Below are positions 46,725 through 56,731 of a DNA stretch of 64,000 bases, piece after piece; within the stretch, counting starts at the first letter, position 1, and the number at the start of each line of letters is the position of its first letter. The notes beneath the pieces are model-generated. The model did no database searches. It saw only the letters and a list, made by a program, of their open reading frames with translations, and had not been told where the DNA came from. The stretch comes from Trueperaceae bacterium (GTDB lineage Bacteria > Deinococcota > Deinococci > Deinococcales > Trueperaceae). The position numbers were made by a program, and so were the translations under genes. Location of the stretch: contig CBDCDZ010000004.1 in NCBI GenBank assembly GCA_965215565.1, positions 3,552,001-3,616,000 on the forward strand, in the 5' to 3' direction.

Positions 46725-49135
46725 CAACAAACGCGACAGTAAAGGAAATCTTCGACACGATGGACTACGGACCCGCACCCGAAAGCAGCGAGACAGCGAA
46801 CGCTTGGCTAGAACGTCGTAAGCGCACCTTCGACCTCTTCGTGGGCGGCAAATTCGTCAAGCCGCGCTCGGGCGGGCGTTTCGACACGGTGAATCCGGCG
46901 AACGCGGAAGTCATCGCGAGCGTCGCGCAGGCAGGCGAAAAGGACGTGGACGCGGCGGTCAAGGCGGCGCGCAAGGCGCAGGGCGAGTGGGCGAAGCTCC
47001 CCGGTCACGCGCGGGCACGCTACCTCTACGCCATCGCGCGGCAGGTGCAGAAGCACTCGAGGCTCTTCTCCGTTTTAGAAACTTTGGACAACGGTAAGCC
47101 GCTTCGGGAGACGAGGGATATCGACATCCCTCTTGTTGCGCGGCACTTCTACCATCACGCGGGCTGGGCGCAGCTTATGGACGCTGAATTGCCAGGGTAT
47201 GAGCCTGTAGGCGTCTGCGGACAGATTATCCCCTGGAACTTTCCGCTTTTGATGCTTTCCTGGAAGGTCGCACCCGCACTGGCGATGGGTAACACGGTTG
47301 TGCTCAAACCCGCCGAATTCACGCCGCTGACAGCACTTCTCTTTGCTGAGGTGTGTCAAGAGGTCGGCTTGCCGCCGGGTGTAGTCAACATCATCACGGG
47401 CGACGGGGCGACGGGCGAGCTTATCGTAGGGCACGCGGATGTGGATAAAATCGCCTTTACGGGTTCAACCGAAGTCGGGCGCATCATCCGTGAGAAGACG
47501 GCGGGGAGCGGGAAGAAGTTATCTTTAGAATTAGGCGGCAAATCGCCTTTCGTGATTTTCGATGACGCCGATTTAGACAGCGCCGTTGAAGGCGTTGTGG
47601 ACGCGATTTGGTTCAACCAAGGACAAGTATGTTGTGCGGGCTCTCGCTTGTTGGTGCAAGAGAGCGTCGCGGACAAGCTCACGGAGAAGTTGAAGGCGCG
47701 GCTCGAGACCCTGCGCGTCGGCGACCCGCTGGATAAAGCCGTAGACATGGGCGCGATTATTGCGCCGGTGCAGTTACAGAAGATTGAGCAACTTGTCGAG
47801 CAAGGTAAGGCGGAAGGGACAACCTGTCATCAGCCCTCCTGGGCGGTGCCGCAAGAGGGATATTTCTATCCGCCGACGCTCTTCACCGATGTCGAGCCCG
47901 CTTCAGCGCTCGCTCAAGTCGAAATCTTCGGTCCCGTCATCGCTCAAATGTCTTTTCGCACGCCTGCCGAAGCAGTCGAACTCGCCAACAACACGCGCTA
48001 CGGTTTAGCCGCGTCCGTCTGGACGGAGAACATCAACCTCGCACTGGACGTTGCGCCAAAGATCAAAGCGGGCGTGGTGTGGATTAACTGCACAAACCAG
48101 TTCGATGCGGCGGCGGGCTTCGGCGGCTACCGCGAGAGCGGCTTCGGACGCGAGGGAGGCAAAGAGGGCTTGTTCGAGTATGTGGTGGCGAGTTGGGAGA
48201 AGGCGTTACCGCTCTATAAGGAGTCAGAATTCAGCGCTCAGAATTCAGTAGAGAGACCTCTAAACGGTTCCTCGAATTTTGACGTACCTGCGGTTGACCG
48301 CACCGCGAAGATGTACATCGGCGGCAAGCAGTCGCGTCCTGATTCGGGGTACAGCACCCCGGTTTTAGGCGCGGACGGCTCACTCCTGACGGAAGTCGGG
48401 CAGGGCAACCGCAAGGATATTCGTAATGCGGTGGAGGCGGCGCGCAAAGCGTCGGGGTGGAGCAAAGCCACGGCGCACAACCGGGCGCAGGTGTTGTACT
48501 ACTTGGCGGAGAACTTGGCGGCAAGGGCCCCAGAGTTCGAAGCGCGACTCACAGCGATGACGGGCGAGCGGCGCAAGAACGTAGCGCAAGAGGTCGAGAC
48601 CTCTATCGAACGCATCTTCACCTACGCAGCTTGGGCGGATAAATACGACGGCGCGGTTCACGGTGTGCCTGCGCGCAACGTCACGCTGGCGATGAACGAG
48701 CCTCTAGGTATTATGGGCGTTCTCTGCCCTGACGAAGCACCCCTTTTAGCGTTTATCTCTTTAGTCATCCCAGCCGTCGCGATGGGCAACCGCGTCGTCG
48801 TCGTTCCTTCACCGCGCTATCCGCTCGCCGCCACGGACCTCTACCAAGTACTGGATACCTCGGACGTGCCCGGCGGTGTTGTCAACATGGTGACAGGTGA
48901 GCGGGACGTGCTCGCAAAGACGTTAGCGGAGCATGACGAGGTGGCGGGGCTCTGGTACGTGGGCTCGGCAGCGGGGGGCGAAGAGGTCGAAAGAGCCTCA
49001 GCGGGCAATCTCAAACAGACGTGGAGCAATAACGGTAAAAAGCGGAACTGGTCGGACGCGACTCAGGGCGAAGGTTCCGAATTCTTGCGCCGGGCGGTGC
49101 AAGTCAAGAATATTTGGGTGCCGTACGGCGAATAG
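46721..49135 (+). CDS. Two-domain aldehyde dehydrogenase (ALDH16-like)
   Basis: PWNFP, FTGSTEVG, LELGGKS, GQVCCAG and EIFGP, followed by a second degenerate ALDH domain ending KNIWVPYGE. ATG 46721 overlaps the upstream stop. Confidence 0.92.
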   Translation: MTTNATVKEIFDTMDYGPAPESSETANAWLERRKRTFDLFVGGKFVKPRSGGRFDTVNPANAEVIASVAQAGEKDVDAAVKAARKAQGEWAKLPGHARARYLYAIARQVQKHSRLFSVLETLDNGKPLRETRDIDIPLVARHFYHHAGWAQLMDAELPGYEPVGVCGQIIPWNFPLLMLSWKVAPALAMGNTVVLKPAEFTPLTALLFAEVCQEVGLPPGVVNIITGDGATGELIVGHADVDKIAFTGSTEVGRIIREKTAGSGKKLSLELGGKSPFVIFDDADLDSAVEGVVDAIWFNQGQVCCAGSRLLVQESVADKLTEKLKARLETLRVGDPLDKAVDMGAIIAPVQLQKIEQLVEQGKAEGTTCHQPSWAVPQEGYFYPPTLFTDVEPASALAQVEIFGPVIAQMSFRTPAEAVELANNTRYGLAASVWTENINLALDVAPKIKAGVVWINCTNQFDAAAGFGGYRESGFGREGGKEGLFEYVVASWEKALPLYKESEFSAQNSVERPLNGSSNFDVPAVDRTAKMYIGGKQSRPDSGYSTPVLGADGSLLTEVGQGNRKDIRNAVEAARKASGWSKATAHNRAQVLYYLAENLAARAPEFEARLTAMTGERRKNVAQEVETSIERIFTYAAWADKYDGAVHGVPARNVTLAMNEPLGIMGVLCPDEAPLLAFISLVIPAVAMGNRVVVVPSPRYPLAATDLYQVLDTSDVPGGVVNMVTGERDVLAKTLAEHDEVAGLWYVGSAAGGEEVERASAGNLKQTWSNNGKKRNWSDATQGEGSEFLRRAVQVKNIWVPYGE

Positions 49136-49140
49136 TATGC

Positions 49141-49283
49141 AATAGCAGGCATCGTCTGATTTGAAGCACTCTCACGGCATGAAACATTGTTTAGCACGCA
49201 TGTTCGGGGATGAGGTTCCGTTCTCAAGCTCTGCGAGCTGAAATCTGCGCTCATCTATCTCAGTATCTCGCGGAACCACTTTA
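49141..49283 (-). mobile_element. MITE-like element, diverged, with one 28-nt insertion
   Basis: AATAGCAGGCATCGTCTG...CTCTCAC...TAGCACGCA...ATCTGCGCTCATC...GGAACCACTTTA. Confidence 0.7.
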
Positions 49284-49460
49284 AGTACGTGTGTACTGAG
49301 TACAGATTTGTTTAGCTGACGGTATTTTTGCCCCTATAGACTCTCATCTTCGCGCTTTTATGAAGTGAAAATGAATACTGTTGTACTACTTTTTGCGCGC
49401 TACATCACATGTGTATGATAGGCTTCCGTATACACTGACATCACGATTGGAGCTTACTTC

Positions 49461-50099
49461 ATGTTGAAAACAGACAAGAGCAACTTTTTCGGTGTGATGG
49501 CAGAGGCGCAGCGGCAGTGGTGGGAAAACTGGTTCGCCTTCGCGCAGGGCGCGAGCGCGAGCAACATGCGCTTCATCCAGCAGTCTACGCAGTCCGCGTT
49601 GGACGCGCAGCGTGCGTTCTACCCCTCGATGCCCAAAGCGCCGGAGCACCCCGACACGTTCGGCTCGCAGATGCTCGTGGACCCGGTCAAGCTCGAGCTA
49701 GGCGCGTCTGCCTCCCTGACTAAAACTGTCACCGACGACGACGTGGTGGCGTTCGCGGAAGTTTCCGGCGACAGAAACCCCGTCCACCTAGACGACGCCT
49801 ACGCCGCGCAGACCCGCTTCGGCGAGCGCATCGCCCACGGAATGCTCTCGGCGGGCTTTATTTCGGCGGTTTTAGGGACGAAGCTTCCCGGACCGGGCGC
49901 GGTCTACCTCTCGCAAACGTTAAAGTTCCGCGCGCCTGTCACCATCGGTGACGAGATCACCGCGACAGCGACGGTCGTGAGCGTCAAAGAAGGTAAGCCG
50001 ATTTTCACTTTAGAGACCATCTGCACGAACCAGAACGGTGAAAAGGTCTTAGAAGGCGAAGCGGTCATCCTTTTTGACCCAGTGATTCCGCAAGCGTAA
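49461..50099 (+). CDS. MaoC/PhaJ-like (R)-enoyl-CoA hydratase with N-terminal extension
   Basis: SGDRNPVHLD, IAHGML, LPGPG and KFRAPVTIGD. Confidence 0.88.
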   Translation: MLKTDKSNFFGVMAEAQRQWWENWFAFAQGASASNMRFIQQSTQSALDAQRAFYPSMPKAPEHPDTFGSQMLVDPVKLELGASASLTKTVTDDDVVAFAEVSGDRNPVHLDDAYAAQTRFGERIAHGMLSAGFISAVLGTKLPGPGAVYLSQTLKFRAPVTIGDEITATATVVSVKEGKPIFTLETICTNQNGEKVLEGEAVILFDPVIPQA

Positions 50100-50215
50100 G
50101 TCTAAAGTTCGCGCAAAAAATTAAAACCTCTTCAGTACTTCGCTGAAGAGGTTTTTCTAAGGATGATTCTTGCGTTGACCTTTTCTCGTGAAGCTGAAAA
50201 AAGGTCAAAAAGTTT

Positions 50216-53209
50216 TTAGTCTGCCGCCTCTTGCAGCGCGGGCTCCTCCTGCGGCTGCTCCTCTAACGCCTCCGCCATCAACTCCGCGATGTGCTTGGAC
50301 CTCTTGCCCGTGCCGTCTTTGATCTGATGCCGACAGCTAAACCCGCACGCCGCCACCTCGCCTTCGTGCCCTCTTACTGCTGGAAAGAGCCGCTGCTCGC
50401 CAATTTGCATGGATACGTCAAAGTGGTTGTAGCCGAACGAGCCCGCCATGCCGCAGCAGCCCGAATCCACCTCGTGAACGTTCTCGGACAGCCATTCCAA
50501 AACAGACTTGCTGGCGCTCGAGCCGATGACCGCCTTTTGCTGGCAGTGGGCGTGCAGCATGATGGGCGTACCGTTTTTATGGAACGCTTTTTGGGGCTCG
50601 AGCTTTCCTTCGGTCCACTCCTTCGCTAAAAATTGGTCCAACATCTTGACGTTGTCGCCGACTTTATCCGTATCTTCACTCGGAACGAGATCGCGGTAGT
50701 CGTCGCTAAACGCCGTGACGCACGAGGGCTCCAAGCCGACGACGGGCACGCCTCTGTCCACGTAAGGTTTAAGCGCCGTCACATTTTTCTTAGCCAGCTT
50801 CTTCGCGTCGCGCAAGAGCCCTTTCGAGAGCTGTGGGCGTCCGCAGCAGCCGTAACTCACGTGCTCGACGTTGTAGCCTAACGCCTCCAACACCTTCGTC
50901 GCGGCGACGCCGACTTCGGGCTCGTTGTACATCGTCCAAGTGTCGGCGAAGAGCGCGACGGTAGGTTTCTCTTCGTCCGCTGATGCTTCCGACGCGCCAT
51001 TCCGGTTCCGCTTCACCCACTGGTGAAAGGATTCGTGTGCGTACTCGGGCATCACGCGGCGCTTGTCCACGCCCGCAGTTTTCTCCGCTAACCAACGCAC
51101 CGGCTTGAGGGGCAGCATCGCGTTGGCGATGGGCGCGAGAGCGCGTCCGATCGGCGCAACCGTCGCCGCGTTGCCCAGTGCCCGCGCTGCGACAGGTGTG
51201 CCGTGCTCGTCGTAGTAGTGCTGCAAGAACTCGTATTTGATCTTCGCCATGTCCACCTGGCTGGGGCACTCCGACTTGCAGGCTTTACAGCTCAAGCAGA
51301 GGTCCAGGGCGTCGTAGACCTCTTGACTTGCCAGACCGCCCGAGAGCCGCCCGTTCATCGCGTCGCGCAAGAGGTTGGCGCGTCCGCGCGTGGAGTGGTC
51401 CTCGTCGCGCGTGACCATAAACGAGGGGCACATCGTCCCCGTGGTGGTCTTGCGGCAGTGCCCGACGCCCGTACACGCTTCGATAGCGCCCATGAAGCCG
51501 CCGTCCGAGGAGAAGTCGAAGTGCGTGTCCACGTGTTGCACGTTATAGGGTGTGCCGTAGCGCAGGTTCTCGGTCATCGGCGGCGCGTCTACGATTTTAC
51601 CGGGGTTCATGAGACCCTTTGGGTCGAAAGCGCGTTTGATGTTGCGGAAGTCTTCGTACAGGGTCTCGCCGAAAAGGTTCTTGTTCTGATACGAACGGAT
51701 GAGCCCGTCGCCGTGCTCACCGGACCAGGAGCCGCCGTACTTCTTGACTAACTCGAAGGTCTCTTCGCTGATTTTCTGGAACGTCTCGATGCCCTCGTCC
51801 GTCTTGAGGTCTAAATGCGGTCTTATGTGGATGACGCCCACCGAAGCGTGCGCGTAGATGACCGCCTTCACGTCGTACTTCTCGCAGACCGCCAGGACTT
51901 CGGGGATGTAGTCAGCGAGGTGCTCGACGGGGATGGACGAATCCTCAATGAAGGGCGTCGGCTTGTGGCGTCCCTTGACGGTTGCGTAAATCCCTAAACC
52001 GCCCTTGCGAAACTCCCAGGCGTTCTTCTGCTCCTCGTGACCGTAAGCAACGTACGTGTGGTAGACGAGGTCTTTGACATTGGGGTCGTCCTCTAAGCCC
52101 TCGACGCCTTTCAGCATCTCCTCCTCGGTCTGACCGTCGAACTCCACCATTAAAACGGCAGCGGGCTCGCCCTCGAGCCATCCCAAAAGCGGTCTCAACG
52201 CCGGGTTCTGTTTGCCCAACTCGAAGAGGTGGTCATCTAAAATTTCCACCGCTGCCGGGTTGTGCTTGTTGATATGTTGCACCGCGCTGAGCGCGTTGAC
52301 GAGCGAGTCGAAGTGGAGGAGTGCTAAACACTTGTGTTTGGGGTTGGGCTCGAGCTGAATCGTCACGTCTAAGATGATGGCGAGCGTGCCTTCGGAGCCT
52401 GCCACGAGCTTGGCGAGGTTGAAGGGCTGACCTTCGGTGAACTCGTCTAGGTTATAGCCGCCCACGCGCCTCATCACCTTGGGGAAGCGCTCTTTGATGA
52501 GGTCTTTGTGCTCGGTGACGACGTGGTGAACAGTGCGGTAGATGTCGCCTTCGATGCCGTCTAAAGATTTTTTGGTCTCGAGTTCCTCCGCCGAGACCGC
52601 TTTAATCTCCGTAATCGTTCCGTCTGCCAGCATCACCGTCATCGCAATCGTCGCGTCCACCGACTTGCCGTACTTGATGCTCCTCGTCCCCGCCGAGTTG
52701 TTCGCCACCATCCCGCCGATGTTCGAGCGCGAGGTTGTGGACACGTCGGGCGTGAACTGCAAGTTATCCGAGGCTATCGCCGTGTTGAGGTTATCGCGAA
52801 TGACGCCCGGTTGCACCTTGACCCAGCGCTCCTCGGGGTTGTACTCCAAGACCTTGTCCATGTACTTGGAAAAGTCGATGACGATGGCTTCGCCGACAGT
52901 CTGCCCCGCCAAGCTCGTACCGCCGCCGCGCGGCAAGACGGGTAAGCCGTACTGGTTTGCCACTTCGACGACGTGCTTGACATCCTCAACCGTTTTCGGC
53001 AGCACCACGCCGTGCGGTTTGATTTCGTAGGGGCTAGCGTCCGTCGCCCAGAGGATGCGCGCGGCTTCATCGAAGCGCACCTCGCCCTCAACTTTCCACT
53101 TGAGTTCGTTCTCAACTTTGCGTAAGAGGTCAGCGTCAGCGGGGGGCGGCGTACCGGAGGCGCTGCCTACATTGTAGGGCGGTTCAGACTTTATTGCAGT
53201 GTCGCTCAT
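50216..53209 (-). CDS. FAD-binding / Fe-S oxidoreductase (YdiJ / GlcD-GlcF fusion type)
   Basis: RGGGTSLAGQ, GSEGTL, SGEHGDG, CTGVGHC, CLSCKACKSECP and CCG motifs. Confidence 0.92.
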   Translation of the reverse strand: MSDTAIKSEPPYNVGSASGTPPPADADLLRKVENELKWKVEGEVRFDEAARILWATDASPYEIKPHGVVLPKTVEDVKHVVEVANQYGLPVLPRGGGTSLAGQTVGEAIVIDFSKYMDKVLEYNPEERWVKVQPGVIRDNLNTAIASDNLQFTPDVSTTSRSNIGGMVANNSAGTRSIKYGKSVDATIAMTVMLADGTITEIKAVSAEELETKKSLDGIEGDIYRTVHHVVTEHKDLIKERFPKVMRRVGGYNLDEFTEGQPFNLAKLVAGSEGTLAIILDVTIQLEPNPKHKCLALLHFDSLVNALSAVQHINKHNPAAVEILDDHLFELGKQNPALRPLLGWLEGEPAAVLMVEFDGQTEEEMLKGVEGLEDDPNVKDLVYHTYVAYGHEEQKNAWEFRKGGLGIYATVKGRHKPTPFIEDSSIPVEHLADYIPEVLAVCEKYDVKAVIYAHASVGVIHIRPHLDLKTDEGIETFQKISEETFELVKKYGGSWSGEHGDGLIRSYQNKNLFGETLYEDFRNIKRAFDPKGLMNPGKIVDAPPMTENLRYGTPYNVQHVDTHFDFSSDGGFMGAIEACTGVGHCRKTTTGTMCPSFMVTRDEDHSTRGRANLLRDAMNGRLSGGLASQEVYDALDLCLSCKACKSECPSQVDMAKIKYEFLQHYYDEHGTPVAARALGNAATVAPIGRALAPIANAMLPLKPVRWLAEKTAGVDKRRVMPEYAHESFHQWVKRNRNGASEASADEEKPTVALFADTWTMYNEPEVGVAATKVLEALGYNVEHVSYGCCGRPQLSKGLLRDAKKLAKKNVTALKPYVDRGVPVVGLEPSCVTAFSDDYRDLVPSEDTDKVGDNVKMLDQFLAKEWTEGKLEPQKAFHKNGTPIMLHAHCQQKAVIGSSASKSVLEWLSENVHEVDSGCCGMAGSFGYNHFDVSMQIGEQRLFPAVRGHEGEVAACGFSCRHQIKDGTGKRSKHIAELMAEALEEQPQEEPALQEAAD

Positions 53210-53530
53210 ACTTTATTATGCCACAGCTCAGGGATAGAAAAGAGCAATTGGAGGGCACGAAGCGGAGGTTTTAGCAGCGTATTCGCGACATTCGTAATTT
53301 TTTGTGCTTATACTAAAGTGAAGTTTAGATATCGTACTTTTGACATCTAAACCGCGCGGAAAAGAGCCTTTAGCTGGGCGTATTATGCCGTTATCGACGC
53401 GCGTTGATTCAAAGATGCAGTCGCGTGGTCCCGCTCCCGCTAGACCTCTGGCTAAGGGCTTCTCAGCGCGTACCCTCAGACGCTCTCAATTTACGACATC
53501 CTTGAATCAGGTTAGTATTACATTTATCTT

Positions 53531-53762
53531 ACTAGCAGTTCCAAGACATACTGAGACGGATGAGCGCAGATCTCTGTCCGTAAGGACTAGCGTTACGGGC
53601 AGGCCGCCCTGCCGTTGCGGGATTTCATCTCCGAATGTGCGTGCTAGTTACGCAGTTTTCCGCAGGAAACACCGCTTTGCATAGTGAGAGTGTTGCTTCG
53701 CATCGCTTCGCGCACTCAAACCAGCTCCGAGCTTTGCGAGACAGACTTTGATACCTGCTACA
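53531..53762 (+). mobile_element. MITE-like element with multiple micro-insertions (232 bp)
   Basis: ACTAGCAGTTCCAAGA...AATGTGCGTGCTAG...CTCAAACCAG...TGATACCTGCTACA. Confidence 0.8.
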
Positions 53763-54020
53763 CGTTGCAATAGTCCGACTTCGCGCTTATGACCTCATTC
53801 TGTTGGGTAGGCTCGAGCCACCGGGCGTGCGACAAGACCCACTGCAAGGCTCGACTCGCTGGCACCTCCACATCCGGCAGCACGCCGTGCCCGTCGCCAA
53901 AGCCGCTCGGACGGACGAAGTACTTGTAGGAGGCGCGCAGCTCGAGCCCCGTTTTAGGTAGTCCAAATCCAAAGGTAATGAAGTCACCTAAGTTCGTGGG
54001 TAAGCCACCCACCTCTTCCC
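53758..54020 (-). pseudogene. C-terminal remnant of an S41-family peptidase
   Basis: EEVGGLPT...LPKTGLELRAS...GHGVLPDVEV begins immediately after the recJ stop, with no N-terminal part. Confidence 0.55.
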
Positions 54021-56228
54021 CTACTCAGCCCCGAAGAGCGTCACCACTGTCCGCGCAAACGAGGCTTCATCCAACGCGCGGTACGCATTGATAAAGGTCT
54101 GCAACTTGTAGTGCTCCGTCAACCCTCTGAGCAGCGTGTCCGAGCTGTACGGGTCGCGCTTTTGTCCTACCAACACGCGCCCCTTGTCGTCTAAAAGTTC
54201 TAACTCCATCAAGCAGGTGCGGCATAACTCACCCTTTTTACCGCCGAAGGGGACGCAGTTCTGCCGCTGCAAGCCGACAAAGGCGCGACGCAAATCGAGC
54301 ACAGAAGGAAAGAGGGGAAGGAAGTTCTCGAGCCTCACCAGTTCCACCTCTGAAAGAACAAAGTAGAGGTGCGCGTCTGACTGAACGAGCGTTTCCACCG
54401 GGCGCAAGAGGTCGAGCGGTCGGTCTTGCTCCAGAGGCAGCGCGCGGATGAAGAGGTGCGCGGGTATCTCCTGTCCGGGCTGCCACTCACCCCTATTTCT
54501 GTCCACCTCGCGGCTCGGATTTCCTCTATGAACGCGCCTAGCTTCCGCACTCTTCTCACCAAAACTGAGCGGCGCAGCCACGCGGACCTCTTCGGCGACG
54601 AACTCCACAGACTTGCGCCCTTGCCACTCGTTCTCGCGCAGGCTCGCCACTGCATTGACCGTCGGCTTACCTGCTAACTCTTGAGCCTCTTCCCCTTTGT
54701 TCCAAGAGATGCCCTTAACGCCGCCCACGCGCAGTTGCAGGTGCTTACCAGACTGCCCGACACCCCTCACCATATCGAGTGAGCCCGTCAGCGCGAAGAG
54801 AGGGGACTCGTGCCCCTGACCGTAGGGTTCCAGAGCGTTGATCGCGGCTAAAAGGTCGGCGTCTACTTGCGCGGGGTCCAAGAGCGCGTCGGCGACGACT
54901 TCGGGCTGAGAGGGTGGATGCTTAGCGACGTACTCCAAGACCTTTTCCTTGAACGCTCCAATATTCCCATCGCGGATCGCAAAGCCCGCCGCCTGCGAGT
55001 GACCGCCGAAACGTTCCAACGTCTCTGCGGCATATTCCAGACCCTCCACCGCCGAAATATCCCGCGTCGAACGCACCGAGCCTTTGCCCTTAGCGATAAT
55101 GAAGACGGGTTTATAAAAGCGCTCTAAGAGCTTGCTCGCCACGATGCCCATCACGCCAGGATGCCAGCCGAGGTCATCCAGGATGAGCGCAGGGGCGCTG
55201 GGGTCGGCTTTCTCCAACGCTTCCGCTAACATCGCGTCTTGCACCTTGCGGCGGTCGTTGTTGCGAGCGTCTAGGTACGCGGCTAACTCCTTCGCGCGGC
55301 GCTCCGAAGGGGTGATGAGCAGCTCGAGCCCCAAATCCGCCTCGCCTAACCGTCCGGCGGCGTTGAGGCGCGGGGCGATGCCAAAGGCGACATCCCTTGC
55401 GGTCGGATTGCCCGAGTTGAGCGCCCGCGCCAGCACCGCTCTGAGCCCGTGCCACCTCGAGTCACGTAGCTTCGCCAGTCCTTCATTGACTAGCGCCCGG
55501 TTCTCCCCCAACAAGGGCGCAACGTCGGCGATGGTGCCGATGGCGGCTAAGTCGCTGTAGTCGGTAGGCGCTTCCAAACCTAGGCGCTCGTGCAGCGCCC
55601 ATAAGAGGTGATACGCAACGCCCGCCCCGGTGAGTTCGGGCAAGCCCTTTTTCGCGGAGGGCGAGAGCGACGGATGGACAACGAGACATTCCGGCGTCTC
55701 CTGCCCCGGATGGTGGTGGTCGGTGACGATGACCTCGACGCCTCTTGCTTGCAGGTCTGCAACCTCTTGCAGATTGCTGATGCCGCAGTCCACCGTTACG
55801 AAGAGGTCCGCGCGTCCGGCGTGCTCCTCGACGCGCTGCGGCGCTATGCCGTAGCCGTCCGTGAGGCGGTTGGGGATGAAGGGCGTGACGTTGCCGCCTA
55901 GCGCCCGCAGCCCGAGCGTCAAAACAGACGTGCCGCTGATGCCGTCGGCGTCGTAGTCGCCGTGAATAAGGATGCGGCGTTTGTTTTTAAGGGCGTGCTC
56001 TAACCGCTCTGCCGCCTCGTTCAACTCTGGAATCGGCGTAAGTGCCAAAGGCGGTTGGAGCCAAGAGGTCGAGGCGTCCCGGAAGCCTCTCGCGTAGAGG
56101 ATGCTGGCGAGAAGCGGAGGGATACGGAGGTCTTTGGAAAGTTGCGCAACCTCTTGCGGCGGCGCAGCCGGGCGCACCATCCAGCGTGTTGCCAGAGGTG
56201 TGATGTCCTGGGTTAGCGTAGCGTCCAT
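54021..56228 (-). CDS. recJ: Single-stranded-DNA exonuclease RecJ
   Basis: HGDYDADG, TVDCG, TDHH, GTIADV, PRLNAAGR and GGHSQAAG, with a Deinococcota-type C-terminal extension. Confidence 0.96.
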   Translation of the reverse strand: MDATLTQDITPLATRWMVRPAAPPQEVAQLSKDLRIPPLLASILYARGFRDASTSWLQPPLALTPIPELNEAAERLEHALKNKRRILIHGDYDADGISGTSVLTLGLRALGGNVTPFIPNRLTDGYGIAPQRVEEHAGRADLFVTVDCGISNLQEVADLQARGVEVIVTDHHHPGQETPECLVVHPSLSPSAKKGLPELTGAGVAYHLLWALHERLGLEAPTDYSDLAAIGTIADVAPLLGENRALVNEGLAKLRDSRWHGLRAVLARALNSGNPTARDVAFGIAPRLNAAGRLGEADLGLELLITPSERRAKELAAYLDARNNDRRKVQDAMLAEALEKADPSAPALILDDLGWHPGVMGIVASKLLERFYKPVFIIAKGKGSVRSTRDISAVEGLEYAAETLERFGGHSQAAGFAIRDGNIGAFKEKVLEYVAKHPPSQPEVVADALLDPAQVDADLLAAINALEPYGQGHESPLFALTGSLDMVRGVGQSGKHLQLRVGGVKGISWNKGEEAQELAGKPTVNAVASLRENEWQGRKSVEFVAEEVRVAAPLSFGEKSAEARRVHRGNPSREVDRNRGEWQPGQEIPAHLFIRALPLEQDRPLDLLRPVETLVQSDAHLYFVLSEVELVRLENFLPLFPSVLDLRRAFVGLQRQNCVPFGGKKGELCRTCLMELELLDDKGRVLVGQKRDPYSSDTLLRGLTEHYKLQTFINAYRALDEASFARTVVTLFGAE

Positions 56229-56594
56229 CTAGGCGCGGCGTCTGGGGTCAGGTAAGCGCTTCTTCTTGTCTCTTCTATTATCATCTCTATTGCTGTCGTC
56301 ATCCTTTGCGTCGTCCGTGCGGTCAGGAATGACGGGCGTTTCGGGCTCCTCGCCCAACTCAATCAGACGACGCTCCAGCTTCCGATTCTCGCGGCTGAGC
56401 GTCCAAATCCGCCCGAACGACGCGCCCCACCCTGCCAAAAAGCTGAGGATAATCGTGACGGCAAGGACGAGCGCCGTCGGTAATGGCAGCAAGAAGGGCA
56501 GTATGATCGTCTGCGGGTTGATGTTGTGTAGAATCAGCAGATAAGCGATCAGCGCGAGCACCAAGATAAGCTGAACGATTCGAATGACTTTCAA
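56229..56594 (-). CDS. LapA-like small membrane protein
   Basis: Two TM helices followed by a coiled, charged tail; abuts recJ. Confidence 0.65.
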   Translation of the reverse strand: MKVIRIVQLILVLALIAYLLILHNINPQTIILPFLLPLPTALVLAVTIILSFLAGWGASFGRIWTLSRENRKLERRLIELGEEPETPVIPDRTDDAKDDDSNRDDNRRDKKKRLPDPRRRA

Positions 56595-56731
56595 GACGAA
56601 CCTCCGTTACGCTAGTTTAGCGCACCTTAGCGCTTAGCGGGAGGGAATCAGTACGAAGAGAGAGGAAAGAGAAAAGAACTGAGGTTAAAGATTTTCTCTT
56701 TTCTCTCAGCCCTTTTCTCTTTGACCTGCTT

